From NCBI RefSeq assembly GCF_001194135.2, contig NC_068984.1:15169425-15233424 (forward strand): DNA of 64,000 bases. Reading direction: 5' to 3'. This stretch comes from Octopus bimaculoides (lineage: Eukaryota). This document shows positions 40,801 through 53,042 of the stretch, one piece after another (the stretch's first letter is position 1; each line of letters opens with the position of its first letter). The position numbers and the translations under genes are program-made. The notes below the pieces were generated by a model, which had not been told where the DNA came from, ran no database searches, and saw only the letters and a program-made list of their open reading frames with translations.

Positions 40801-41287
40801 GAATATACCATTTTTAATGATGAAACACAAAATAGATAAAGCAACAAATAATAGCATGTACATATTGGATTTAAAATGCTCTGGATGGGAAAAGTTGAAG
40901 GTTGTCATTCACAGAAGATGTGGGTTCATATCCCACAGGCAGCCCTCAACTTTTTCTATCTGTGGGATTTTTTGCCTGCTATTATTTATAGTTTTATCTA
41001 CTTTGAGTTCCCCTATTAAAAACGATTTCATGCCTCTTGAAGTTTTTTAATTCTTATGGCATAAATATATGGCATTAGATTTAGAAGAGATGAATATGAA
41101 GTCTGTCTTTTTTTTTTTTAGCATTTATGCTTTTTCAGATTGTTAATTTATTCATCATCATCATCATTTGATGTCTGTTTTCCATGCTAGCGTAGGTTGG
41201 ATGGTTTGACTGGAACTGATAAGGTCAGGGTCTGCCTCAGGCTCCATTGTCTGTTTTGGCATGGTTTGTACCCATAGGCATCAATCT

Positions 41288-42474
41288 GCTGACCAGCAGC
41301 GTTGAGTGATGTCATACTGATATGTAGTGTGTTATTGTTTGCAATGCATCTCCCCTGTTTATTGATTTTTGTGATGGCTGAAACAAAAGAACAGTGGGTT
41401 TCCATGAAATTCTGTTTTCTGCTGGGAAAACCGGTGGCCAAAACAGTTGTCATGCTTCAAACAGCTTACAAGGACACTACCATGAGCAAAACAGAAGTTT
41501 ACAAGTGGTTTTCATGCTTTAGGATGGGTCACTTGTTGCTTGAAGACCAATCTTGTCAACCTCCTGAAAACATCATGAAAATTCATGGACAGATCTTGGA
41601 GACTGTCACCAAACCATTGATGAACTTCTTGGTATGACTGATGTATCCTGGAGCTCCTGCTAATGAATTTTGAGCGAGGAATTGTGGATGAAAAGAGTTG
41701 CAGCAAAATTTGTGCCTCACTTGCTCACAGAAGATCAAAAGCAGTCACGACTGAATGTGTATCGTGAACTGAAAGGACAGTTGGAAGTTGATCTGGACAT
41801 TTTTTCAGAGGTCATCACTGGTGATGAAAGCTGGTACTACAGTTACAACCTGGAAATGAAGCAGTAATTAGGTCAACAGAAGCATTCAATGTTACCACAC
41901 CCACAAAAAGCACGTCAAGTGAAGTCCAATATCATGACAATGCTGATTTGTTTCATCAATGCAAAAGGAATTGTTCACACAGAATTTGTTTCTCCTGGTC
42001 AAACTGTTAACCAGACATTTTACTTGGAAGTTATGAAGCATTTCCCAGACACAGTGAAACGAAAACACCCTGACCTGTGGCAAAGTGAAGAGTGGTGGTT
42101 TCATAATGACAATGCGCTTGCACACACCGCCTTGAGTGGGAGACAGTTTTTGACCAAAAATGGCATCACCCCACTTACTCACCCTCCTCATTCACCCAAT
42201 CTTGCTCCCTATAACTTTTTTTGTTTCCTCTAATGAAAAAAGTCCTTAAAGAAAAATGTGTGGAAGAGGTGAAGAAAATAAAAAACAAGGGACACGTTAA
42301 AAGGCCTCGCTTTATGAGTTCCAGAACTGCTTCGAACAGTGGGAAACGCATCTGAACCGATGCATTGCTTCAAATGGAAAATACTTTGAAGGCAAAAAAA
42401 GTGTAAACATGTAAAAATAAGTGAATAAAATAATATTCCAAAATTCCGGTTTCTTTTGGGTACCCCTTCATACA
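41288..42474 (+). mobile_element. Mariner (DD34D) transposon relic with fragmented transposase; right TIR present, left TIR not found
   Basis: HTH region EQWVSMKFCFLLGK...TVVMLQTAYKD...MSKTEVYKWFS; VAAKFVPHLLTEDQK; catalytic ITGDESW, HNDNA and HPPHSPNLAPYN (third Asp lost). Stops and frameshifts are present. TIR ttccggtttcttttgggtaccccttcata at ~42445-42473. Confidence 0.93.
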
Positions 42475-43139
42475 TTGAATACCTTTAATCAGAAATTAAA
42501 TTTGGTGCTATAGACGTTCTTTATTAAGAAGACTTTTCTACTCTACTATTTACAAGCTAATTAATGTATTAGACAACAGGATTCAAAGTCCACTGCAAGC
42601 ATCATATTATATCTCTAACGAAATACTCTCTTCTGCTTAATAATATGAACTAAATTTTCTCTTTCTCTAAGAATGGTTTTTATGGAGATCTTCATCTTAC
42701 TATCTGAAGAACATAATCCAGCTTCTTGGATTTATTGATTCCTGCAACTTGTATTGAATGTTTTTCTATTGAAAAGTATGATAACATTGGCATCAATGGA
42801 ATGGAAAATTTATAATAAATACTTCCATTTTAAGAAATTAATTAACTTCGTAATATATAGCCAATCATATACCCATTGATTTTCTTCCTAACCAAAACTC
42901 TATTACATTAATTATATTAGACCTACCTTGAGATAATGGTTTTGGATTTGGCTTCATATTCTTCATAGAATTCTTTGATTAGCTTGTAAGTTTTAAAGGA
43001 TGATTAGAATGGAAGATAGAATTAACCTCGTACATAACTCAAAAAACAAGTGAAGCTGAGTGAATTAACTGAGTATTTTGTGGAGGGATTAATATAGCTG
43101 ATAGAATTAAGCGATTAGATTATCTAAAGATGAGTAAAA

Positions 43140-44330
43140 CTGGCACTCCATTGGCTATGGCAACGTGGCTTCCAGGTGATCTGATCAACAAAACAGCCTG
43201 CTCGTGAAATTAATGTGCAAGTGGCTGAGCACTCCACAGATACACTTACCAGTAAAGTTGTTCCCAAGGCTATTCAGCATGATGCAGAATGTGACAAAGC
43301 TGGCCCTTTGAATTACAGGCATGACTCACTTTTGCTTCAGTTCACTCAGTGAGTGGAGTAGCATGAAATAAAGTGCCTTGCTCAAGGACACAATGCACCA
43401 CTGAAAATCGAACTCATAACCTTACAATTGTAAGCCAAATGCCCTAACCCAGTGTTTCTCAACCTTTTTACCCTTGCATGATTTTTAAAATAAATTACAT
43501 GTTTCAAGGAACCCCTGCTCAAAAAAATTATATACCATATCTTTCTCATATTTTTCTATTGTAATTCATGTGGTAAATATCATATATATATATATANNNN
43601 NNNNNNNNNNNNNNNNNNNNNNNNNNNNNNNNNNNNNNNNNNNNNNNNNNNNNNNNNNNNNNNNNNNNNNNNNNNNNNNNNNNNNNNNNNNNNNNNNNNN
43701 NNNNNNNNATATATATAGAGAGAGAGAGAGAGAGAGAGTGCTGCCATCGTTGCCAGTGCTGCCGGACTGGCTCCTTCATTGCCAGTGCCGCTGGACTGGC
43801 TCCTGTGCAGGTGGCACATAAAATACACCATTTTGAGCGTGGCCGTTGCCAGTACCACCTGACTGGCCTTCGTGCCGGTGGCATGTAAAAGCACCCACTA
43901 TACTCTCGGAGTGGTTGGCGTTAGGAAGGGCATCCAGCTGTAGAAACTCTGCTAAATCAGATTGGAGCCTGGCGTAGCCATCTGGTTCTCCAATCCTCAG
44001 TCAAATCGTCCAACCCATGCTAGCATGAAAAGTGGATGTTAAACGATGATGATGATGATATCCATAAATTACAGACGTAACTAAATATATCCCCAATGGT
44101 TGTTATATTCTTTTGGTAACATAATAGGTTAGATAGGATGATGTCTATATTACAATATCACAATAACCAATACTATGTTGTGATGTATAGTAATATTACG
44201 ATCATGAAATTAGTATTAGTTTATCGCACTCTTTCTCACAGAACCCCTAGGAACCTTTTGTGGAATCCTAGGGTTCCAGAGAACCACGATTGAGAAACGC
44301 TGCCCTAACCACTAAGTCATGTGTTTTCAC
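43140..44330 (-). mobile_element. Family C-related SINE split by a hAT-type MITE
   Basis: The tail and body run 43140-43449; the tRNA head resumes (ccctaacc-actaag) after 44303. Confidence 0.7.
43450..44302. mobile_element. hAT-type MITE hosting an RTE 3' end
   Basis: TIRs CAGTGTTTCTCAA / TTGAGAAACGCTG; 8-bp TSD CCCTAACC at 43442-43449 and 44303-44310. Confidence 0.88.
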
Positions 44331-45715
44331 TTCAAAGATGAGTATACCTGATAGAACTTTCATTCTTTTGCAGTTGATATAATAAAGTATCGATCAAGTA
44401 ACAGGAACGATGTAATAGACAAAATATATCTCCTTAAAAAATTGCTGACTTTGTATTTAAATTAGAAACAGTTATGAGACCTGCAGCTATAAAGGAAAAT
44501 AGACATCATTTTTCTTTTTTAATAAATGTTTTCCAGCTCAGTGGATTTTGTGAAGTATCTTGGCATTTTAATTAATTCAGGAACTATCTTTCATATTAAC
44601 AAATCAGTCAAAAAAAATTTAATTCACTATAGCATCATATATCAATGTCGATACTATGAAAGTAAAAAAAAAACATTAATTATCAATTAATTATATATTC
44701 ATACACATTGTATCGAGTCAATATATTAATATTATATTATCGTTCTCTAAATAGCTTGAGGGGGGAAAAAAAACTAAATATACCCAACTCTTAAATAATT
44801 GGACTTGTGTCTCAACACAAGTAATCAATAGTGCTGAAAAATATTTAATTAATATAACAGATGAACTGAAAAATTAAAAACAAAATGAATTGAAAGTAAT
44901 GATGTTCAGTTGTAGACATACTTGCATATTAGAAATCAGAGCAGTGTACTGTAGTGTTTAGCATTTTCAGTGACTCTATTTAATAAATGAATAATAAAGG
45001 TTAGGCCATTAATAGAATATCACAGCATGGACCAGACTATTCGATGTTGATATAAATCACTAGTAACAATGCATTTCGCATTGTTTTAGCCTTCAAATGC
45101 TACCCCATGAGTTAGGTAAGCAGACCAACAGCATCCCACCTAATTGGAAGACTATTCCATTACAGGGTTACTCATTGACCTGCTGAGTGGATGGGAGCAA
45201 TCTAAAAGGAAGTGTTTCACTCAAAAACACAATGCGCTGCTCCGTCTGGGAATCGAACATGTGATCTAGTAATTGTGAGTGCAACACCCTAACCATTAGG
45301 CCACATACCTTCACTGATATTTTTTTTAAAACTTTCTTACTTGTTTCAGTCATTTCACTGCAGCCATGCTGGAGCACAACCTTTAGTCGAGCAAATTGAC
45401 CCCTGGACTTATTCTTTGTGAGCCTAGTACTTATTCTATCTGTCTCTTTTGCCAAACCGCTAAGTGACGGGGACATAAACACACCAGCATCGGTTGTCAA
45501 GCAATGCTAGGAGGACAAACACAGACACACAAACACACACCCACACACACACANNNNNNNNNNNNNNNNNNNNNNNNNNNNNNNNNNNNNNNNNNNNNNN
45601 NNNNNNNNNNNNNNNNNNNNNNNNNNNNNNNNNNNNNNNNNNNNNNNNNNNNNNNNNNNNNNNNNNNNNNNNNNNNNNNNNNNNNNNNNNNNNNNNNNNN
45701 NNNNNNNNNNNNNNN

Positions 45716-45765
<50 letters not shown>

Positions 45766-46832
45766 AATAGCATGGCTGGGGTTAGAGTGGGTTCCCCCCA
45801 GGGCAACACTTGTATGAGGGAAGAACCTTTTGGGGTCTGGTGTATAAGCCTGTATAGGCTGGAGTGTCCAGTGAGAAGGGGCAGCAAACTCAACAGCATC
45901 ACTGTGTCTGTGATGGGTTGTCTCAATGATGAATAATCAATTGTTCAATCAGCTGAATTCCTATTTGATGAAATTAACAAGCCGGTGGTTGAGTATTCCA
46001 CAGATGCATGTACATTTAATGAAATTCTCAAGTTGAATCAGCAGGACACAATATGACAAGGCTGAACCTTTTGAATTACAGGAACAATTCAGGGAGAGGG
46101 GAGGAGACGAGGAGTGAGAGATGGGGGAAGGGGAGAGAGAGAGAGAGAGAGTGTACCCAAGACTGGACTAGTACTTTGTTTCATTATCATCATCCATCAT
46201 CATCATCATCATCATCATCATTTCATGTCCGTCTTCCATGCTGGCATTGGTTGAACGGTTTGACAGAAATGGGCAAATCAGATTATTACACCAAGCTCTG
46301 CTGTCTCTTCTTTTGGCATGGTTTCTACAGCTGGATGCCCTTCCTAACACCAACTGCTTTACATCCCTGAAAGTTCCATCTGAATCCATCCAGGGGTTCT
46401 TGAGATATCTTGTCCACAGACTAACAAACAAACACGACTGAAAACAATACCCCTGCTTTCATTAAGGCAGAGGTAATAAATAAACATCACATTTGACGGA
46501 AGAATCTGAATGGTAAAGGGTTGAACTTACATCTATGAAACCAGTATTCCTGTACCTCAACCTCGCCAACCTCACATGCGCTGCTCCTCTCTGTATCATT
46601 TTGTTTTAATTTCTTCTGCAATTATTTATAAAACAATTGACTGGGGTTTTTTTTTTGTTCTTCGTTTTTTTTGTTTTTGTTTTTTTTGCTGTAATTTTTT
46701 ATACAAAGAAATTAACAATTCATTTAAGAAAACATTGTTTTAATCCAATCAAAGTTATTATTTTTCCTGCTTATATAAGATTGTGTGCATCATTATTTAG
46801 ATTTTTCTCCTACATTTTCCTCTTTCTTAACT

Positions 46833-46886
<54 letters not shown>

Positions 46887-47362
46887 GTTTGTTTTTTCAC
46901 CTTTCAGTTTGAAAAAAAAAACTTGTGTTTGCAATCAATTATTATTTTCTTATTTGTGCTTCTGTTTCCCTCATTAGTGCAATAATTTAGAATATAATTT
47001 CATAGGGAATTACATTTCCTAACACACACACACACACACATACACACACATATAATTTGACATATACATTTAGGTGTGTGTGTGTGTGTGTACATCCTTA
47101 CCTTTGTCTCTGTCAGTATTGCTTGTGCAAATAATTAAGATTTCATTAAATTTTATATAGAAAACAAATGTAATCAATTCTCAATGATTATTTTACACAG
47201 ACACACACATATGCAGGCACACAAGCACATATACATACACACAGACACACACATACACTTATATGCATATACAAATGTGTGTATATGTGTATCTGTATAT
47301 ATGTATATATCTATGAACATGTATGTATAGATACAAACATATTTATGCATATTATATATATG

Positions 47363-47413
<51 letters not shown>

Positions 47414-47505
47414 TCTTTACTCTTTATATATATGTATATGTTTGTGTACGTGTCTGTGTGTNNNNNNNNNNAGAGAGAGAGAGAGAAAGAGAGATAGATA
47501 GATAT

Positions 47506-47572
<67 letters not shown>

Positions 47573-48146
47573 TGTATACACATGCACACACACACACATA
47601 TGTACACTAACACACATATACACATGCTACAAGATTTGAATGCATGCAAGAATTATGTTCCTGAAAATAATCTTGTAAACAGTGTTTAAATGAAATAATA
47701 ATTTGATTTTAAGAAAACTGACATCCTGAGCCAAAATATTTAACATTTTCTATATATTTTAATATTTACTCTGGAACAAGTTTATTACAATGAAAATAAA
47801 AAGCCTCAACCACTGTGATAATATCATCTTTTATCTTTTATTTGTTTTAGTTATTGGACTGCAGCCAATACCATGGCGCCATCTTGAAGAGTTCTAGTTA
47901 AACAATTGGCCTCCAATTTTCTGTTTCTTTAAGTCTGTAATTTATTCTTTTGGTCCTCTTTTGCCAAACTGCTAAGTTATAGAGATGGCTGTGTGGTAAG
48001 TAACTTGCTTACTAACCACATGGTTCTGGGTTCAGTCCTACTGTGTGGCACCTTGGGCAAGTGTCTTCTACTATTGCCCCGGGCCGACCAAAGCCTTGTG
48101 AATGGATTTGGTAGACGGAAACTGAAATTAGCCCGTCATATATATG

Positions 48147-48177
<31 letters not shown>

Positions 48178-48439
48178 GTGTGTGTATATGTTTATATATA
48201 TATCATCATCGTTTAACATCCACTTTCCATACTAGCATGGGTTGGATGATTTGACTGAGGACTGGTGAACCAGAAGGCTGCACCAGGTTCCAATCTGATC
48301 TGGCAGAGTTTCTACAGCTGGATGCCCTTCCTAACGTCAACCACTCCGGGAGTGTAGTGGATGCTTTTACGTGCCACTGGCACGAGGGGCAGTCACACAG
48401 TACTGGCAACAGTCACGCTCAAAAAGGTGTTTTATTTCA

Positions 48440-49920
48440 ATGTTGTGTCATAGCCACATCAATGATCTGCTTGTTGGATGATTTTTATATGGAGTATCTT
48501 CTTTGGTCGGAGTCTGATCTTTCAGCAAACTAAAGAATGTTCTGTGTTGCAGTTGGCACTCTGGAAGGATTGAATCATGAATACATTCTTCAAGTAACAG
48601 CGTCTTGTAATAATCAAGTCTAGTTGGTGTCATTGTATGGCGTTGGGATGTCTCCAAGACATTATGTGCTGGGTTTCATTTTGGAAGTAAGTACTGGTGA
48701 CATAGATTACAAAGTGTACAAAACTCAAGTAATTACTGTCCATCGTCATTTATGCTGGTAGTCATATGTTGCCCTCGGAAGCTGGGCCAGGAGTTTTAGT
48801 CAGCACCCACTCTGATGTTGCAGTTGTCAACAAACAGCAGTAGTTGTTTCTGGTTTGGAAACTCCTGGATTTTTCTTGAGGGCTGGTCACATAATTTATC
48901 TTTTGCGAAGACCTGTTGAGGCAAGTGAAATCGAAATCGAACCAAATTCGACGACTGGCACCCATGCCAACCTTTCCTCCATTGGACACTAAACTCTGCT
49001 TGCAAAGGCCTGTTGGGGCAAGTGAAATCGAAATCATAATTGAGCCAAATTCGATGACTGGCACCTGTACCAGTGGAGCGCTAACAGCACCGTCCGAGCG
49101 TGACCATTGCCAGAGCAGCTGTCTGGCTTCCATGCCAGTGGCACGTAAATAGCACCATTTAAGCATGATCATTAACAGCGTCACCTTACTGGCACTTGTG
49201 CCGGTTGCATGTGGAAAAAAATATTTGAGCGATGTCGTTGCCAGTGCCGCTGGACTGGCTCCTGTGCAGGTGGCACGCAAAAAAGACCATTTTGAGCATG
49301 GCCGTTGCCAGTACCGCCTGACTGGCCCTTGTGCCAGTGGCATGTAAAAGCACCCGCTACACTCTCGGAGTGGTTGGCATTAGGAAGGGCATCCAGCTGT
49401 AGAAACTCTGCCAAATCAGATTGGAGCCTGGCGTAGCCATCTGGTTCGCCAGTCCTCAGTCAAATCGTCCAACCCATGCTAGCATGGAAAGCGGACATTA
49501 AACGCTGATGATGATGATTTTGTATTGTGTGAAAGGTCAAGGTAGAAATAGGGAAAATGTTGACAGGCCCATTGGATGTAAGGAGTCAAAGAGAAGAAAT
49601 CCTCTCATTCCATTTCTCACCGGGCCCCACTATCTTTAACAGTGAGTTTCTTACAGCATAATCAGAACTATGCTGTCTGGTCTCATCTAAGCATTTTCCC
49701 TGCCAGAAAAATCTATAGTTCCTCTTGCATAGAGTTCCTGATTTTGTGTGATGCAGTTCTTGTGCTGTGATGTCCACTTGAGACTTAAGCAGTTTGTTGC
49801 TAATTATTCCTGTTCCTCGTGCATCACTGATTTTCAGATAACCTGTATATTCCAGTATCCTAATCTGTGTGCTGGTTTCTTTTTTTGCAGTTTTGTTATG
49901 CCCAAAGTTTGTCCATAAGC
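48440..49920 (-). mobile_element. Degraded RTE-clade LINE apurinic endonuclease region, interrupted by an opposite-strand RTE 3' end at ~48914-49518
   Basis: LGYWNI, ISDARGTGIISNKLL..QVDI, YRFFWQGK, AVRNSLL, ERISSL, LLLFVDNCNIRVGAD (GDFNARVG-like), SWRHP..Q*HQLDLIITRR..LKNV, SANCNTEHSLVC. Confidence 0.85.
48914..49518 (+). mobile_element. RTE LINE 3' UTR (long version) with internal hairpin repeats and (GAT)n tail
   Basis: Ends ...ggaagggcatccagctgtagaaac...ccaacccatgctagcatggaaagcggacattaaacgctgatgatgatga. The same tail follows RTE ORF2 C-terminal coding remnants at 20230-20825. Confidence 0.8.
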
Positions 49921-49931
49921 AGCTGATGCAT

Positions 49932-49972
<41 letters not shown>

Positions 49973-50679
49973 CACACACACATACACACACACAACACAC
50001 ACACATACACACACTCACACATAAACACACACTCATGCACACACATGCGTGCGTGCGCACACACACACACACACATGCATGGATGTCTGTGTGCATGCAT
50101 TTGTGTCTCTTTGCCTGACATGTGATGGTTGTAAACGAGCATCACCATCATACAAGCAGTGTCCTTCAGTTCCAATATTCTGCCAAAGCATACCCAGCCA
50201 TAAGGAAATATTACCTTACTTGGAAACAGGTGAGGAGTGATGACAGGAAGGGCATCCAGTCAGAGAAATCTAGCCTCAATGAATTCCATCAGACCCACAC
50301 ATATATGGAACATCATAATCATCATCGTTTAACGTCCGCTTTCCATGCTAGCATGGGTTGGACGATTTGACTGTGGACTGGCAAACCAGATGGCTACACC
50401 AGGCTCCAATCTGATCTAGCAGAGTTTCTACAACTGGATGCCCTTCCTAACTCCAACCACTCCGAGAGTGTAGTGGGTGCTTTTACGTGCCACCGGCACG
50501 AGGGCCAGTCATGCGGTACTGGCAACGGCCATGCTCAAAATGGTGTTTTTTACGTGCCACCTTCACAGGAGCCAGTCCAGCGGCACTGGCAACAACCCCG
50601 CTTGAATGATTTTTTAATGTGCCACATTAGAACAGTGGACATTAAAATAATAATGTCGACAATGATAATGTCTGACTGG

Positions 50680-50930
50680 ATTCATCTGTTGACTGTTGAA
50701 TGTGTAAGAGTGCATGAAAGACAAAGTACAAATGAGCTGAGAGAAAAAGCTGGGCATAAGAGAAATAGTGTGCAAGAAAGAAGACTGTGCTGATAAGGAC
50801 ATGGGATATGTATGGATGAGGGCAGGTGTATAAAGAAGTGCCAATCACTTAATATAGATGGAGCCTGTGGAAGAGAGAGATCCAGGAAGATATGAACAAA
50901 AGGGATGAAGACTGGTCTCTGGACCCTCAG
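50680..50930 (+). mobile_element. RTE LINE ORF2 C-terminal fragment
   Basis: VRVHERQSTNELREK(L)GIR...QERRLC*.GH...MDEGRCIKKCQSLNIDG.CGR.RSRK across frameshifts. Confidence 0.7.
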
Positions 50931-52361
50931 TCTCACGTTCTGAGTTCAAATTCCGCCAAGGCCGACTTTGCCTTTCATCTTTTCGGGGGTCGATGAATTA
51001 AGTACTAGTTACACACTGGGGTCGATATAATCGACTTAATCCATTTGTCTGCCCTTGTTTGTCCCTTCTGTGTGTAGCCTTTTGTGGGCAGTAAAGAAAT
51101 AAGAGGTGATGACAAAGAACCAGGATGACTGGTAATATGCAGTTTACATGGAGGTTTACTCATCTCAGTGAAACTGGATTTTAGTAGCATTGTGTCTAAT
51201 CCATGCCAGTATGATGATGATGATGTACAAATGGGCCCTTTGCCCAAAGTCCTTACTCCTTAAGACACCCTCACCACCCACCATCTCCCTAACCACAGCC
51301 CCTCTTTGATAACACTTACTTTTCATACTACCCAGAACCACTTCACTTATCCACTGTTCATCCATTAATACTGTTCTCTCCACCCACAGTTTTATTGAAC
51401 CCCCATCCCCATCATGCCACTTAATTATCTCTTCCCACCACCACCACCACCACCAAGACCACCACCACCATACATCTCTCATTCTCCTTACATGCTATGC
51501 CTACCCTACCTCTCTCTTCCCCACCTACACCTGCAACCTATCCAACATCATCTCTCTTTTGTCTTTCTCATCTCTACACTTTCATCATTATTGTTCTGCT
51601 GCTCCACACTGTCATTCACCCCTTACTTCTCACTTCACTCTTCAGGGCCCTCTGCTCTACTCATTTCTTCCTGTCTCATAGCTTGACAGTCCTCCCTGAC
51701 ATCTCATCACCAAAATCCTTTTTTGATTGTGCTTTAGCTCCACCCCCATCACTCCCACCCTCTCTTCTAAAATGTCAGTAGTCATGTAGTTCCCCTGCAG
51801 CAAGGAACTCATTCTGCTCTGGCCCCTTCTCTCATACTTTTACCCATCCTTTACTACTCTTCTTCTAACACAAAGTTGCTCCCTTGGGCTTCATGGTCTT
51901 GTGAACTGCATGGCAGCCCTCATTAGTGCTGGTGGCATGAAAGAAGCATCCAGAACACACTTCCATTAAACCAGTGGGCATTAGGAAGGGCATCCAGCCA
52001 TAAAAACCATATTAGCATGGAACATGGATGTTAAATGATAATGATGATGATGATGATAATATCATCATCATCATCATCATTTACCGTCCGCTTTCCATGC
52101 TGAGCACTATATACAAGTTCATCATTATATTTTTTATTTCATCGATACTATAAGGATGAATATCAGAGTTGGCCTTGGCGGGATTTGAAGACATTTATCA
52201 AGATATATAAACACATTTACACATAATGTTTAAAAATATATGCGTGTAATTTTTATTTTTGTACATCAAGAGGAAAAGATAATGGAAATATAAGAGGGGA
52301 GATAATAATGGAACTGCTTTGGAAACCAAGGTAGAGAACTCCTGCTTAAGCGAAGGTCAAA

Positions 52362-52646
52362 ATGGCTGCTTCCAAGGCTGTGCGCTTCGGACAACATTTA
52401 AAAGAACTGAGAGTACATCTATGCCAGAGATGCAGCTCGAGTAAAGGTGTACGGGATTTTATAGAACAACACTATGTAGCTATTAAGCAGCAGAATCCCC
52501 ATCTTCCTATTCTTATTCGGGAATGTAATGGCATCCAACCGAAGATATTCGCACGTTTTGACTACGGCAGAGAATCGAGTTTACCCCTCACTGGATTCAC
52601 ATCGGGCGAGGTTTTAGAAGCAGTAAATTCCCTGTCTTCTGTATAA
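52362..52646 (+). CDS. NDUFA2: NADH dehydrogenase (ubiquinone) 1 alpha subcomplex subunit 2 (complex I B8), intact single-exon ORF, 94 aa
   Basis: Motifs [32 protein letters not shown] and QPKIFARF match the remembered NDUFA2 pattern (human [26 protein letters not shown]...[22 protein letters not shown]). Start context is caaaATGG, the ORF ends at TAA, and there are no stops or frameshifts. Confidence 0.96.
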   Translation: [94 protein letters not shown]

Positions 52647-53036
52647 CCAAGAGAACTCCCTTAGAAGATTTTACTAACAGATGGTCCTCACTACTGAATA
52701 TGCAACAATGTTCAAAGTGATTGTGAAGATGAAAGAGTGGAGCAATACCAAATGAACCTTATTCACCTTGACTTTATGTTATCGTTTCCAAGATGTGTTT
52801 CTAATGATTTTGGGACAAAATATACGAACTGTTTCTTCACTTGTCACCATCGATAGAATTCTGTTAATTACAGCTTGAAATCGTAAATATATAAAATATT
52901 TAGTATTCATCTCGTCTTACTTTTTTGTATTAATATAAATATATTGGGTGTATGTTTATGTACGTGTATGTGTGTATGGATGTACACCTACAACCATTCA
53001 TTACAGATACATTTACTTTTTACGTGTTTCTTTTTG

Positions 53037-53042
53037 ATTAAA
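53037..53042 (+). terminator. Possible polyadenylation signal (ATTAAA) for NDUFA2
   Basis: ATTAAA lies about 390 nt after the stop codon and is followed by a T-rich tract at ~53086-53100. Other candidate hexamers exist nearby. Confidence 0.25.

Noticed and set aside
42927-42982. Exon-like LIKEFYEEYEAKSKTIIS on the minus strand; the surrounding AT-rich DNA was also considered as a NUMT
   Set aside because: The acceptor is weak (AAG, short pyrimidine tract), there is no partner exon, and no mitochondrial protein motif could be read.
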